Assembly (NCBI GenBank): GCA_050259015.1
Contig: JBLMZV010000017.1
Location: forward strand, 1-43,940
Reading direction: 5' to 3'
Length of the DNA stretch: 43,940 nt
Origin: Candidatus Saccharimonadota bacterium
Lineage (GTDB): Bacteria; Patescibacteriota; Doudnabacteria; UBA920; O2-02-FULL-48-8
Each line of letters begins with the position of its first letter. Positions within the stretch are counted from its first letter, which is position 1. Under the pieces are notes generated by a model. That model was not told the DNA's origin. It was given only the letters and a program-made list of their open reading frames with translations, and did not search any database. Of the stretch, positions 15,031-23,791 are shown one piece after another. The translations under genes were made by a program, and so were the position numbers.

Positions 15031-15275
15031 TGGTGGACGCTCGCCTGGCTTCGCCAGTGGGTGATGTAGGGACCGGACCTACGGCCTTCTCGGTGTAAAC
15101 CCCGCTTCGCTTCGGCTTCGTGGGGCAGGCGAGACGCTCCCTGTCCTCCGAAGCTTTTATGGTGGGCTCGATAGGATTCGAACCTATGACCTCCTCGGTG
15201 TAAACGAGGCGCTCTAACCAACTGAGCTACGGGCCCATAAAAGCGAAGGAGGATAACCAGCTGAGCTAAGCGTCC
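15031..15275 (-). pseudogene. interrupted tRNA-Val(UAC) shell in four segments, enclosing the intact tRNA-Val
   Basis: Segments 15275-15254, 15139-15130, 15099-15066 and 15041-15031 join to a 77-nt cloverleaf in which all 21 stem pairs are intact. The T loop UCCGGUC is non-canonical. Confidence 0.75.
15160..15236 (-). tRNA. tRNA-Val (anticodon TAC), CCA encoded
   Basis: Acceptor GGGCCCG/CGAGCCC with one C5:A68 mismatch, loop UUUACAC, T loop UUCGAAU. Confidence 0.85.
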
Positions 15276-15310
15276 TTTTGGTGCGCGCTTATTTGGACTT
15301 ATCGATTTTC

Positions 15311-15396
15311 TGGTGCGCGGGAGAGGAGTCGAACCTCCATGCCCTTTCGGGCGCTACCACCTCAAGGTAGTGCGTCTGCCATTTCGCCACCCGCGC
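15311..15396 (-). tRNA. tRNA-Leu (anticodon GAG), CCA encoded
   Basis: Acceptor GCGCGGG/CCCGCGC, loop UUGAGGU, long variable arm. Confidence 0.9.
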
Positions 15397-15413
15397 GCAA
15401 CTTTTACTGATAG

Positions 15414-15442
15414 ATTATACCGAAAAGCGGGGGAGATTTCAA
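15414..15442 (-). promoter_or_regulatory. promoter of the Leu-Val-Phe-Gly tRNA operon (TTGAAA-17-TATAAT)
   Basis: Hexamers at 15442-15437 and 15419-15414 on the minus strand. Confidence 0.7.
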
Positions 15443-15476
15443 TAACCTAAGGTTGCAGGCCGGCAGGTCTTAAGCG

Positions 15477-15505
15477 TTGACAAAAGCCTCATTTTATGAT
15501 AGTAT
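15477..15505 (+). promoter_or_regulatory. promoter TTGACA-17-TAGTAT
   Basis: Consensus -35 and a near-consensus -10. It is divergent from the tRNA operon promoter. Confidence 0.7.
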
Positions 15506-15510
15506 TCATA

Positions 15511-15705
15511 GTTGCGTACCCCGTCCCCGCCTTGCGCGGGGCGGGATAGGCAGCAAAAAGGCTTATCTTAGCCATTTTGCGGCCAAGGCACGCAACCACC
15601 CGTTAATTGCGGGGAGTACATTGAAAAATTAATTAAAGGTCCAACCAAACTTTCTTATTTCTGAATAGGAGAAGGAATCAAGAAGGCAAGGAAGGTTTAT
15701 TATAG
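15511..15705 (+). promoter_or_regulatory. long structured 5' leader (unclassified; riboswitch or attenuator candidate)
   Basis: GUUGCGU (15511-15517) pairs with ACGCAAC (15590-15596). ACCCCG (15518-15523) pairs with CGGGGAGU (15610-15617). An internal hairpin lies at 15553-15580. A pyrimidine tract lies opposite a purine-rich SD region. Confidence 0.45.
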
Positions 15706-16323
15706 ATGACAAGCCGTTTTGAACGGCTTAGCCTGGTAGACCGAAGCTTATTGGTAGGTCTGCTTTCCGCCACGATCGTGTTTCTTTTTCCGAACCTGGC
15801 GGCGGCTCAAGCCAACGATCGACTCGTCTTTGAAATAAACAATATCCAAACCATCAAAATTCCTCATTACAGTGAACTTGCAATAATCAAGAGCGCTGAT
15901 GAGAACCAGGTCACCGACGAGCAGGCAACCGAGCCGGCTTTGGAGGTCGACCCGAACGTTGAGATCCTCAAGAACTACCTTATAAGCAAGAACTCTCCTT
16001 TGGCGGAATATTCCGAACACCTGTTGAGCCAGCCGAACTGGAAGATGATCATTGCTATTTCCCAATCCGAATCCAACATGTGCAAGCGCCAGCTTGGCCA
16101 CAACTGTTGGGGCATCGGCGGCGGCAACTTGCGGAAGTACCCGAGTTTCGCCGAAGGTATCTCTGACGCCAACAACGTCATTTCCAAATACGTGGCTCGC
16201 GGAGCTGACACCCCGGACGAAATGGTCTTACGCTACGTCGCTTGGAACAACCGCAATTGGGTAAAGGCTGCCAATCAGACATTGGGCCAGCTGAACAATC
16301 TGCCGTTGGTAATGCAGAACTAA
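15706..16323 (+). CDS. secreted or membrane-anchored protein with a lysozyme/SLT-like C-terminal domain (paralog 1)
   Basis: N-terminal signal/TM segment, then NSPLAEY...NWKMIIAISQSESNMCKR...NCWGIGG. Confidence 0.65.
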   Translation: MTSRFERLSLVDRSLLVGLLSATIVFLFPNLAAAQANDRLVFEINNIQTIKIPHYSELAIIKSADENQVTDEQATEPALEVDPNVEILKNYLISKNSPLAEYSEHLLSQPNWKMIIAISQSESNMCKRQLGHNCWGIGGGNLRKYPSFAEGISDANNVISKYVARGADTPDEMVLRYVAWNNRNWVKAANQTLGQLNNLPLVMQN

Positions 16324-16324
16324 C

Positions 16325-16352
16325 AAAAGCCCCGGATTAATCCGGGGCTTTT
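16325..16352. terminator. bidirectional terminator
   Basis: AAAAGCCCCGG-ATTAA-TCCGGGGCTTTT. Confidence 0.7.
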
Positions 16353-16366
16353 AAGTTGCCTGTAAT

Positions 16367-16453
16367 TGGTGCCCAGGGAGGGAGTTGAACCCTCAATCCC
16401 TTGCGGGCCCGGGATTTTAAGTCCCGTGCGTATGCCAGTTCCGCCACCTGGGC
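16367..16453 (-). tRNA. tRNA-Leu (anticodon TAA), CCA encoded
   Basis: Acceptor GCCCAGG/CCUGGGC, loop CUUAAAA, long variable arm. Confidence 0.9.
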
Positions 16454-16458
16454 TTAAT

Positions 16459-16532
16459 TGGAGGTCTGGAGCGGAGTTGAACCGCTGTACGGGGTTTTGC
16501 AGACCCCTGCCTAACCGCTCGGCCACCAGACC
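16459..16532 (-). tRNA. tRNA-Cys (anticodon GCA), CCA encoded
   Basis: Acceptor GGUCUGG/CCAGACC, loop CUGCAAA, discriminator U73. Confidence 0.9.
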
Positions 16533-16584
16533 GTATTTACGCAAATGCAGGAAAGAAAATCAGGCAATCCTTCAATGCTTAGAT

Positions 16585-16613
16585 ATTATAATGATAATCG
16601 CATCTTTTTGAAA
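16585..16613 (-). promoter_or_regulatory. promoter of the Cys-Leu tRNA operon (TTTCAA-17-TATAAT)
   Basis: Hexamers read on the minus strand. Confidence 0.6.
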
Positions 16614-16750
16614 GTACCGGAGGTTTTTAAACAACCCGCGCATTGACTTTGTATCTTTTATACAACAAATCCACATCTCCAGGTTGACTTTGTTGTTTGC
16701 TTCTGTTACTTTGCTGCTGTAACACAACAACGTTTTCCAAAACGCACAAC

Positions 16751-17401
16751 ATGGACATCATCAAAAAGATAAAACCCCTGCGCGCCAGTTTCGAAAATCT
16801 GTCCGTTAAAAACAAGCTCATTCTCATCTCGATTCTCATAAGCCTTGTCACCATTATCATCCCGCATGAAACCTTCGCGGTGGCGGCCCAAAGTTCGCAG
16901 GCCATGATCTTCCCGGTGGGGGATTACGCCGATTACATGGCCCAGGTGAGCATCAAGCAAAAAAAGATCGCCGAACGCCAGCAGACAATTCAGCGCTTAA
17001 AGCAGCAGATCACCCTGTCGGACCGCGTACGCGACTACCTTCTCTACCAGAACTCTCCGCTCGCATATCACGCCAACACCCTGATCCAGCAGAAAAACTG
17101 GAAAAAAATCATCGCCCTTTCCAACGCCGAAAGTTCTCTCTGCCGGCGATATCCGGAAGGCAAAGCCAACTGCTGGGGAGTCGGAGGTTCGGAACTCTGG
17201 ACCATGGGCGGCGACCTCGACCAGGCCGTCATCAAGATGAACAGCTTCCTCAACAACCAGCCGTCCCGGTCCCCGAAGAAATACGCCCAGATGAGCTTTG
17301 AGGAGATGAACGGCCTTTACAAACAGCCGCCCGCCGATCACTGGGTCTACAACAACAAAATCATCTACGACGAGCTGACCGAACTTGAACAGGGCCTATA
17401 A
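16751..17401 (+). CDS. secreted or membrane-anchored protein with a lysozyme/SLT-like C-terminal domain (paralog 2)
   Basis: NSPLAYH...NWKKIIALSNAESSLCRR...NCWGVGG aligns with paralog 1. Start set at MDIIKKIK. Confidence 0.65.
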   Translation: MDIIKKIKPLRASFENLSVKNKLILISILISLVTIIIPHETFAVAAQSSQAMIFPVGDYADYMAQVSIKQKKIAERQQTIQRLKQQITLSDRVRDYLLYQNSPLAYHANTLIQQKNWKKIIALSNAESSLCRRYPEGKANCWGVGGSELWTMGGDLDQAVIKMNSFLNNQPSRSPKKYAQMSFEEMNGLYKQPPADHWVYNNKIIYDELTELEQGL

Positions 17402-17439
17402 AAAACCCCGCCGACTGGCGGGGTTTTTTGTCGCGGCAA

Positions 17440-18585
17440 TTAGGATTGCTTTTCCGGTTCCGGTTCTTCTTTGGGAGCGACGGCGGTAAGCGCGCGGAGG
17501 GACAGGCCCAAACGGTGTTCCTGCGGCTCGATGGAGATGATCTTGAAATCCTTCTCTTCGCCGACCCTCACGATTTCCGACGGCTCCTTGCCTTCCTCGT
17601 TGGACAGCTCCACCGAGTGCACCAAGCCGTAGATGTCCGGATCGAGCTCCACGAATGCCCCGAAAGGCATGATCTTGGTGACCCGGCCCTTCACGATCTG
17701 GCCGACTTCGTACTTCTTGATGGACTGCAGCCAGGGATCCGGCTGGAGGCGCTTCACGGACAGGGAAATCCGGTCGCGGTCGATGGAAATGATCTGGGCT
17801 TCAACCTTCTGACCGACCTTGTAGAGGTCCTTCGGATGGTCGATGCGGCTCCAGGCCAATTCCGAGATGTGCACCAGGCCCTCGAGCCCGCTGCCGAACT
17901 TCAGGAAGATGCCGAAGTCCACGATGCCCGAGACTTCCCCTTCCACCACCTGGCCGATGGCCAGCTTGGCGATCCTGGCCCTCAATTCGTCCTCGTTCAC
18001 GGCCTTCTCGGAAACGATGAGTTTCTCGTCTTCCGGATCGGCGGTAATAATCTGGACATCGAAGATCTGGCCGACGTAGCTCTTGAGCACCGCCAAAATC
18101 TTGTTCTTATCGCCTTCCTCGACGCGGGGATAATGGTCGGAGGACAGCTGGGAAACCGGCAGAAAGCCGATAACCCCGTTGATTTCCACCATGAGCCCGC
18201 CCTTATTGGCTTCGAGGATCTTGGTCTTGATGACCTCTTTGGCCTTCAGGCGGTCGGAGAGGGTCTGCCAGACCCGTTCCTGGCCCGCTTGCCGGAAGGA
18301 CAATTCGATGTTGCCTTCCTTATTCTCCGGTTCGACTACAGATGCAAAAACCTTATCTCCGATCTTCAGGGCCGAAAGCCTGATGGATTCGTCGTAAAGC
18401 TCCCGCCCCCGGACCACGCCCACTCCGATGCCTTCGATGTCGATAAGAACTTCGTTCTTTCCGACCGAGAGCACCGTGCCTTCCAGGACGTCCCCAAGTT
18501 TGGGAACCTTGATCTCCACCCCTTCGGCGGATAAAAGCTCCTGCATGGTCTGGTAGTCCTGGGTTGTGGCTGTTTTGGTTGTCAT
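17440..18585 (-). CDS. rpsA: 30S ribosomal protein S1
   Basis: Four S1 domains (GDVLEGTVLSVGKNEVLIDI..., GQVVEGEVSGIVDFGIFLKF..., GQIVKGRVTKIMPFGAFVEL...). Confidence 0.9.
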   Translation of the reverse strand: MTTKTATTQDYQTMQELLSAEGVEIKVPKLGDVLEGTVLSVGKNEVLIDIEGIGVGVVRGRELYDESIRLSALKIGDKVFASVVEPENKEGNIELSFRQAGQERVWQTLSDRLKAKEVIKTKILEANKGGLMVEINGVIGFLPVSQLSSDHYPRVEEGDKNKILAVLKSYVGQIFDVQIITADPEDEKLIVSEKAVNEDELRARIAKLAIGQVVEGEVSGIVDFGIFLKFGSGLEGLVHISELAWSRIDHPKDLYKVGQKVEAQIISIDRDRISLSVKRLQPDPWLQSIKKYEVGQIVKGRVTKIMPFGAFVELDPDIYGLVHSVELSNEEGKEPSEIVRVGEEKDFKIISIEPQEHRLGLSLRALTAVAPKEEPEPEKQS

Positions 18586-18782
18586 AAACTATTTGATTTT
18601 AAGCCGTTCGACGCTGCGACTGCTTAAATCCTTTCGTTTGCCTAAACCAAATTAAGCTTTTAGATTGTACCAAAAACAGAGGCATAAATCAAGGGTAAAA
18701 AAGCTTTCCAAACCCGCCTGAATTTGGTAAAATAAACGGGCAATGGACCGCATTTTAAGGACGTAAAAACCACAAAAAACCT

Positions 18783-19409
18783 ATGACAATTTCCTGGTTC
18801 GGAATGGGCAGCTTTAAGATCGTGGGCAAGGAGCTTACGGTAATCACCGACCCCTTCGGCAAAGAGACGGGCCTTTCGCCGGTCCGCGGAAACGCGGATG
18901 TCATTCTCTGTTCCGACCCCAAGAATCCCTGGTGCAACAATTTTTCTTCCATCAGCGGCACGCCCTTTTTGGTCACCGGCCCGGGGGAGTACGACATCAA
19001 GGAAGTGTTCATCATGGGCGCCTCGAGCGACAACAAACAGAGCGGCACGGTCTACGGAATCGAACTCGAAAACATCCGGATCGCATTCTTAGGGCCGTCG
19101 GTAAAACTGACCCAGTTGAGCGACCAACAGAAAGAGATGCTGGAAGGCTCGGACATCGTGCTGGTGCCGGTCGGCGGCAAACAGGTGATGGAGGCGGAAA
19201 CCGCGGCCAAGATCGCCACCCAGCTGGAGCCCTTCTACATCATCCCGCACAGCTACAAGACGCCGGGAGTGACCATTTCCGTCGAGAAGAACGACAAATT
19301 CCTTCACGAAATGGGCAATAAGTTCACCGAACTGGACAAATTAAGCCTTAAGAAAAAGGATCTGGTGGGGGAGACCACGTCAGCGGTCGTGCTGACCCCG
19401 CAGAGATAA
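18783..19409 (+). CDS. MBL-fold metal-dependent hydrolase (UPF0173-like)
   Basis: MTISWFGMGSFKIVGKELTVITDPF...ADVILCSD. Confidence 0.75.
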   Translation: MTISWFGMGSFKIVGKELTVITDPFGKETGLSPVRGNADVILCSDPKNPWCNNFSSISGTPFLVTGPGEYDIKEVFIMGASSDNKQSGTVYGIELENIRIAFLGPSVKLTQLSDQQKEMLEGSDIVLVPVGGKQVMEAETAAKIATQLEPFYIIPHSYKTPGVTISVEKNDKFLHEMGNKFTELDKLSLKKKDLVGETTSAVVLTPQR

Positions 19410-19420
19410 GGAAAACAAAA

Positions 19421-19972
19421 ATGAACGCCAAAAGCTATCTCGAACGGCTTCAGCAACTGCCTCTTTCCACCAGGGTCAAAATCCTCTGGGTCACGGTGGT
19501 GGTCATAGCGGCCGGCCTGGTCGCGCTCTGGTTTATAAACCTTAAGAGTCAGATCAGCAGGCTCGATACGGACAACCTCCTGCCCGGTCTGAACAACTCC
19601 GTCGTCGCCCAAAAACATGTCACGGCGGAATGGGCGGAGACCAAGGACGATAAGCTGCGTGTCTACTTCAAGGTCACGAACGAGACCAACGACATCCTCA
19701 ACTTCCCGCAGCTTTCGGAGATCAAGCTGCAGACCGAAGACAAGGAAATTTCCGCGGACAATGTGACCGACCGGCAGGGCAAACCGTTCGTGAAACGCGT
19801 GCTCTCCAAGACCGAAAATTATGGCGTGCTCATCTTCCCCAAGATCGACGCGGAACAAGCCTCGCTGCTTTTGGACCAGCTCTATTTCGAAATGAAGCCT
19901 TCGGAACTTTTTTCCGAAAAGGTTGACCTGAACTTCAACGATCTTAACCAAGCCCCCGAGCTTCGAAAGTAA
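19421..19972 (+). CDS. hypothetical membrane-anchored protein
   Basis: One N-terminal TM segment. Tightly packed between neighbouring genes. Confidence 0.6.
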   Translation: MNAKSYLERLQQLPLSTRVKILWVTVVVIAAGLVALWFINLKSQISRLDTDNLLPGLNNSVVAQKHVTAEWAETKDDKLRVYFKVTNETNDILNFPQLSEIKLQTEDKEISADNVTDRQGKPFVKRVLSKTENYGVLIFPKIDAEQASLLLDQLYFEMKPSELFSEKVDLNFNDLNQAPELRK

Positions 19973-19978
19973 CCTCTC

Positions 19979-22444
19979 ATGCCTAAAACACCAGAAAAAG
20001 CCCCTGCGGTGACCTCCATCGGACAGGTCAATGACCGGCCGATCGAACGGGAAATGCAGGAATCCTACCTCGATTACGCGATGAGCGTCATCGTCTCCCG
20101 CGCCCTCCCGGACGTCAGAGACGGCCTGAAACCGGTGCATCGCAGAATCCTTTATGCCATGTCCGAGCTGGGACTGAGGCAGAACGTGAAATTCCGCAAA
20201 TCCGCGGCCGTGGTCGGCGAAGTCTTGGCCAAGTACCATCCGCATGGCGATATCGCGGTCTATGACTCCATGGTCCGCATGGCCCAGGACTTTGCGATGC
20301 GGTATCCGCTCGTGGACGGCCAGGGCAACTTCGGCTCCATGGACGGCGACTCCGCGGCTGCCATGCGTTACACGGAAGCCCGCATGACCGCGGTGGCTGA
20401 AGAGATGCTCTCGGACCTGGAAAAAGAAACCGTGGATTGGATGGACAACTATGATGCGACCCGCCAGGAGCCGAAGGTCCTGCCGGCCAAGGCCCCCAAT
20501 CTCCTCATCAACGGCACTCTGGGGATCGCGGTCGGCATGGCCACGGACATCCCGCCCCATAACCTGATTGAGGTGGTGGATGCGACAGTAAAACTCATCG
20601 ACGAGCCGGAGGCGACCACCGAAGACCTTATGGAGTTCGTCAAAGGGCCGGATTTTCCGACCGGGGGATATATCTACGACTGGAACAGCATCAAGCAGGT
20701 TTATGCCACGGGCAAAGGTCCGATCGTCATGCGCGCCAAGACCGAGATCGTGGAAAACAAAGGCATGACCCAGATTTTGATCAATGAGATCCCTTACCGG
20801 GTGAACAAAGCCAGCCTTCTGGAACAATTCGCCGAACTGGTGAAGGACAAGCGGATCGAAGGCATCAAGGATCTCCGCGACGAGTCGGACAAGGACGGCG
20901 TTAGGATCGTTATCGACTTAAAGAGGGAAGCGCTCCCCAACAAGATCCTAAACCAATTGTTCAAATATTCAAGCCTCCAGGAAACTTTCCATGTCAACAT
21001 GCTGGCTCTGGTGGACGGCATCGAACCGCGGGTCTTGAACCTCAAGAACATCCTGGAATATTACATCATCCACCGCCAGGAGATCATCCGGAGACGCTCC
21101 GAGTTCGACCTGAATAAGGCCAAGGAGCGCGCCCACATCCTGGAAGGCTTGAAGAAGGCCCTGGATCACATCGACGCGATAATTTCCACCATCAAGAAAT
21201 CGGAAACAACGGAAGACGCCCATAAGGCCTTGATGAGCAAGTTTAAGCTCTCGGACAAACAGGCCACCGCCATCCTCCAGATGCAGCTGCGGGCTTTGGC
21301 GGGCTTGGAACGCAAGAAGATCGACGATGAGTTGAAGGAAAAGCGCAAACTGATCGCGGAACTGGAAGACCTTTTGAAGAGCGTCAAGAAGATCCGCGCC
21401 GTGGTCAAGAAAGAGCTGGTGGAGATGAAAGACCAGTACGGCGACGAACGCAAGACCACTCTGGTCAAGCAGCCGATCGGGGAATTCAAGGTCGAAGACC
21501 TGATCCCCGAGCAGTCGGCGATGGTTATCATCACCAAATCCGGCTACGTGAAACGGGTCCCGCCGGACACCTACAAGACGCAGGGGAGGGGCGGCAAAGG
21601 GGTAATCGGTATGACCACCAAGGAAGAGGATGTGGTCGAGTGGCTGTCCACGACCAATACCCACGACGATATCCTGTTCTTCACGACCAAAGGGCGCGTG
21701 TTCCAGACCAAGGTCTACGAGCTCCCCGAAGGGTCGCGCACTTCCCGCGGCCAGGCTCTGGTCAACTTCCTGGATCTGCCACAGGACGAATTGGTCTCAA
21801 GCGTCCTGACCATCTCGAAAAAAACCGGGGCGAAATTCCTGATACTCTGCACCAAGACGGGACTGATCAAGAAGACTCCGATCGAGGAATTCGCCAAGGT
21901 CCGGCGTTCGGGATTGATCGCCATCAAGCTCAAGGGCAACGACGAGCTGCGCTGGGTCAAATACTCCACCGGCAGCGACGACGTCATCCTTTCCACGAAT
22001 CTGGGCCAGGCCATCCGGTTCGACGAGAAAGACGTGCGGCCCATGGGCCGCACCGCCGCGGGCGTCAAAGGCATGCGGATCAGGAAAGGGGACTTCATCA
22101 TGAGCATGGACCTGGTGTCCCACAAAGACAAGATAGATAACCTGCAGCTTCTGATCGTCACCGAGAACGGCCTGGGCAAGAAGACCGATCTTAAGTTCTA
22201 CAAGAAACAGCACCGCGGCGGCTCGGGGATCAAGACCCTAAAGGTCACCCCGAAGTCCGGCTCCATCGTTTCGCTGCACGTGATCGACAAGGCCGAGGAA
22301 CACGACCTCGTGGTGATCTCCAAGGCAGGCCAGACCCTGCGCACCCCGATCGGAAAAATTTCGACTCTGGGCCGGGCGACGCAGGGTGTAAGAGTCATGA
22401 CCCTGGACCCCAAGGACAAGGTCGCGACAACCACGATCATTTAA
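19979..22444 (+). CDS. gyrA: DNA gyrase subunit A
   Basis: [29 protein letters not shown], active-site region AAMRYTE, C-terminal beta-pinwheel repeats. 821 aa. Confidence 0.95.
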   Translation: MPKTPEKAPAVTSIGQVNDRPIEREMQESYLDYAMSVIVSRALPDVRDGLKPVHRRILYAMSELGLRQNVKFRKSAAVVGEVLAKYHPHGDIAVYDSMVRMAQDFAMRYPLVDGQGNFGSMDGDSAAAMRYTEARMTAVAEEMLSDLEKETVDWMDNYDATRQEPKVLPAKAPNLLINGTLGIAVGMATDIPPHNLIEVVDATVKLIDEPEATTEDLMEFVKGPDFPTGGYIYDWNSIKQVYATGKGPIVMRAKTEIVENKGMTQILINEIPYRVNKASLLEQFAELVKDKRIEGIKDLRDESDKDGVRIVIDLKREALPNKILNQLFKYSSLQETFHVNMLALVDGIEPRVLNLKNILEYYIIHRQEIIRRRSEFDLNKAKERAHILEGLKKALDHIDAIISTIKKSETTEDAHKALMSKFKLSDKQATAILQMQLRALAGLERKKIDDELKEKRKLIAELEDLLKSVKKIRAVVKKELVEMKDQYGDERKTTLVKQPIGEFKVEDLIPEQSAMVIITKSGYVKRVPPDTYKTQGRGGKGVIGMTTKEEDVVEWLSTTNTHDDILFFTTKGRVFQTKVYELPEGSRTSRGQALVNFLDLPQDELVSSVLTISKKTGAKFLILCTKTGLIKKTPIEEFAKVRRSGLIAIKLKGNDELRWVKYSTGSDDVILSTNLGQAIRFDEKDVRPMGRTAAGVKGMRIRKGDFIMSMDLVSHKDKIDNLQLLIVTENGLGKKTDLKFYKKQHRGGSGIKTLKVTPKSGSIVSLHVIDKAEEHDLVVISKAGQTLRTPIGKISTLGRATQGVRVMTLDPKDKVATTTII

Positions 22445-22529
22445 GCTTTAAACCGCCCGATCCCGGGCGGTTTTCTGATCGCTTTTTGTTTTTCGCCAAA
22501 TCCCTTAATATATACCCGAAGGAGAATTT

Positions 22530-23249
22530 ATGTCCGGACATTCCAAGTGGGCGCAGATCAAACGATCGAAGGGCGTATTGGACCAGAAGCGGGGGGCGCT
22601 GTTCACCAAGCTCGGCCGCAACATCACGGTGGCGGTCAGGACCGGCGGCGGCACGGATCCGGCCTTCAATTTCAAGCTGCGGATCGCCATCGATCGCGCC
22701 AAGGCGGCCGGCATGCCGAACGACAACATCGATCGCGCGGTCAAGCGCGGTGCGGGCGAGGGCAAAGAGGCGATCGAGGAAGTGATCTACGAGGGATACG
22801 GCCCGTACGGGACCGCCTTCCTGGTGGAGACCGCGACTGACAACTCCAACCGGACCAGCAACAATATCAAGCACATCTTCGCCAAGCACGGCGGAAACTT
22901 CGGCACCCCCGGCAGCGTGGCCTGGCAATTCGCGACCAAGGGCCAGATTTTGGTGGAACGCGACCGGGACGACCTGTCGGAACTGGAACTTGCGGCAATC
23001 GACGCGGGAGCCGACGACGTCCGGCAATCGCATGAGGGGCTTGAGGTCTACACCCTGCCTGCGGAACTCGAGAAAGTAAAAACGGCGCTGGAAGCGGCGG
23101 GAGCCAAAATCGCCCGCGCCGACGTGATCAAGGAATCCAGCCAGGGCGTGGATTTAACCGAGGAGCAGAAACCGAAAGTGGACGCGTTGTTCGCCGAACT
23201 CGAGGAAGACGATGACGTGATTGCCGTCCATACCTCAGCCAACCTTTAA
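22530..23249 (+). CDS. yebC: YebC/PmpR family DNA-binding transcriptional regulator
   Basis: MSGHSKWAQIKRSKG... Confidence 0.9.
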   Translation: MSGHSKWAQIKRSKGVLDQKRGALFTKLGRNITVAVRTGGGTDPAFNFKLRIAIDRAKAAGMPNDNIDRAVKRGAGEGKEAIEEVIYEGYGPYGTAFLVETATDNSNRTSNNIKHIFAKHGGNFGTPGSVAWQFATKGQILVERDRDDLSELELAAIDAGADDVRQSHEGLEVYTLPAELEKVKTALEAAGAKIARADVIKESSQGVDLTEEQKPKVDALFAELEEDDDVIAVHTSANL

Positions 23250-23259
23250 CCGAACCTTT

Positions 23260-23745
23260 ATGATTATCTTAGGCATCGACCCCGGCATTGAACGGACCGG
23301 CTACGCTATCCTGCAGCCGGACGGCAGGGCTGCGAAGCTTCTGGAATGCGGATGCATCACCACCAGCAAGACCCTGACGGTCCCAACGCGCCTGCTCGAA
23401 ATCCGCAAGGATCTTCTGAATATCATCAAAAAATGGCAGCCGGAGCTGATGTCGATCGAATCCCTGTTCTTCGCCACCAACGCCAAAACCGCGATGGTCG
23501 TGGGCCAGGCCAGGGGAGTCCTTCTGCTGACCGCGGAAGAAAAAAAAATCCCGATCGTGGAAGTCACTCCCTTGCAGGTCAAGATCGCGGCCACCGGTTA
23601 CGGCAAGGCGGAAAAGCGGCAGGTGCAGGAGATGATCAAGCAGATCCTCAAACTCAAACGCGTCCCCAAACCGGACGATGCGGCGGATGCCGCAGCCATC
23701 GCCTGGGCCGGCATGGGCCGGCTGACCCTCCTCGGGAAAAAATAA
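23260..23745 (+). CDS. ruvC: crossover junction endodeoxyribonuclease RuvC
   Basis: MIILGIDPGIERTGYAIL...KPDDAADAAAIA. Confidence 0.9.
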   Translation: MIILGIDPGIERTGYAILQPDGRAAKLLECGCITTSKTLTVPTRLLEIRKDLLNIIKKWQPELMSIESLFFATNAKTAMVVGQARGVLLLTAEEKKIPIVEVTPLQVKIAATGYGKAEKRQVQEMIKQILKLKRVPKPDDAADAAAIAWAGMGRLTLLGKK

Positions 23746-23791
23746 CCGCCAAAAAACACCCCTCTAAACGGGGTGTTTTAAATATGCCGAT

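Noticed and set aside
15031-15275. Group I or group II introns as the identity of the tRNA inserts
   Set aside because: The inserts are 24-130 nt, far too short. They lack P3-P8 or domain V features, and they sit at the D loop, 31/32 and 65/66 rather than in the anticodon loop. I also found no bulge-helix-bulge motif; the internal loop is a symmetric 3x3.
15511-15620. Assignment of the leader to the ydaO (c-di-AMP) or GEMM-I (c-di-GMP) riboswitch class
   Set aside because: Only short, out-of-order resemblances to the conserved cores are present. It is kept as an unclassified structured leader.
17428-18534. 368-aa plus-strand ORF
   Set aside because: It is antisense to rpsA. The product is low-complexity and rich in D/G/L/R/H, with no RBS. 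It is a shadow ORF opposite a well-supported gene.
19304-20827. 507-aa minus-strand ORF, the longest unexplained ORF in the track
   Set aside because: It is antisense to the MBL hydrolase, the hypothetical gene and gyrA. Its composition is Arg/His/Gly/Asp-rich and family-less, typical of a GC-skewed antisense frame.
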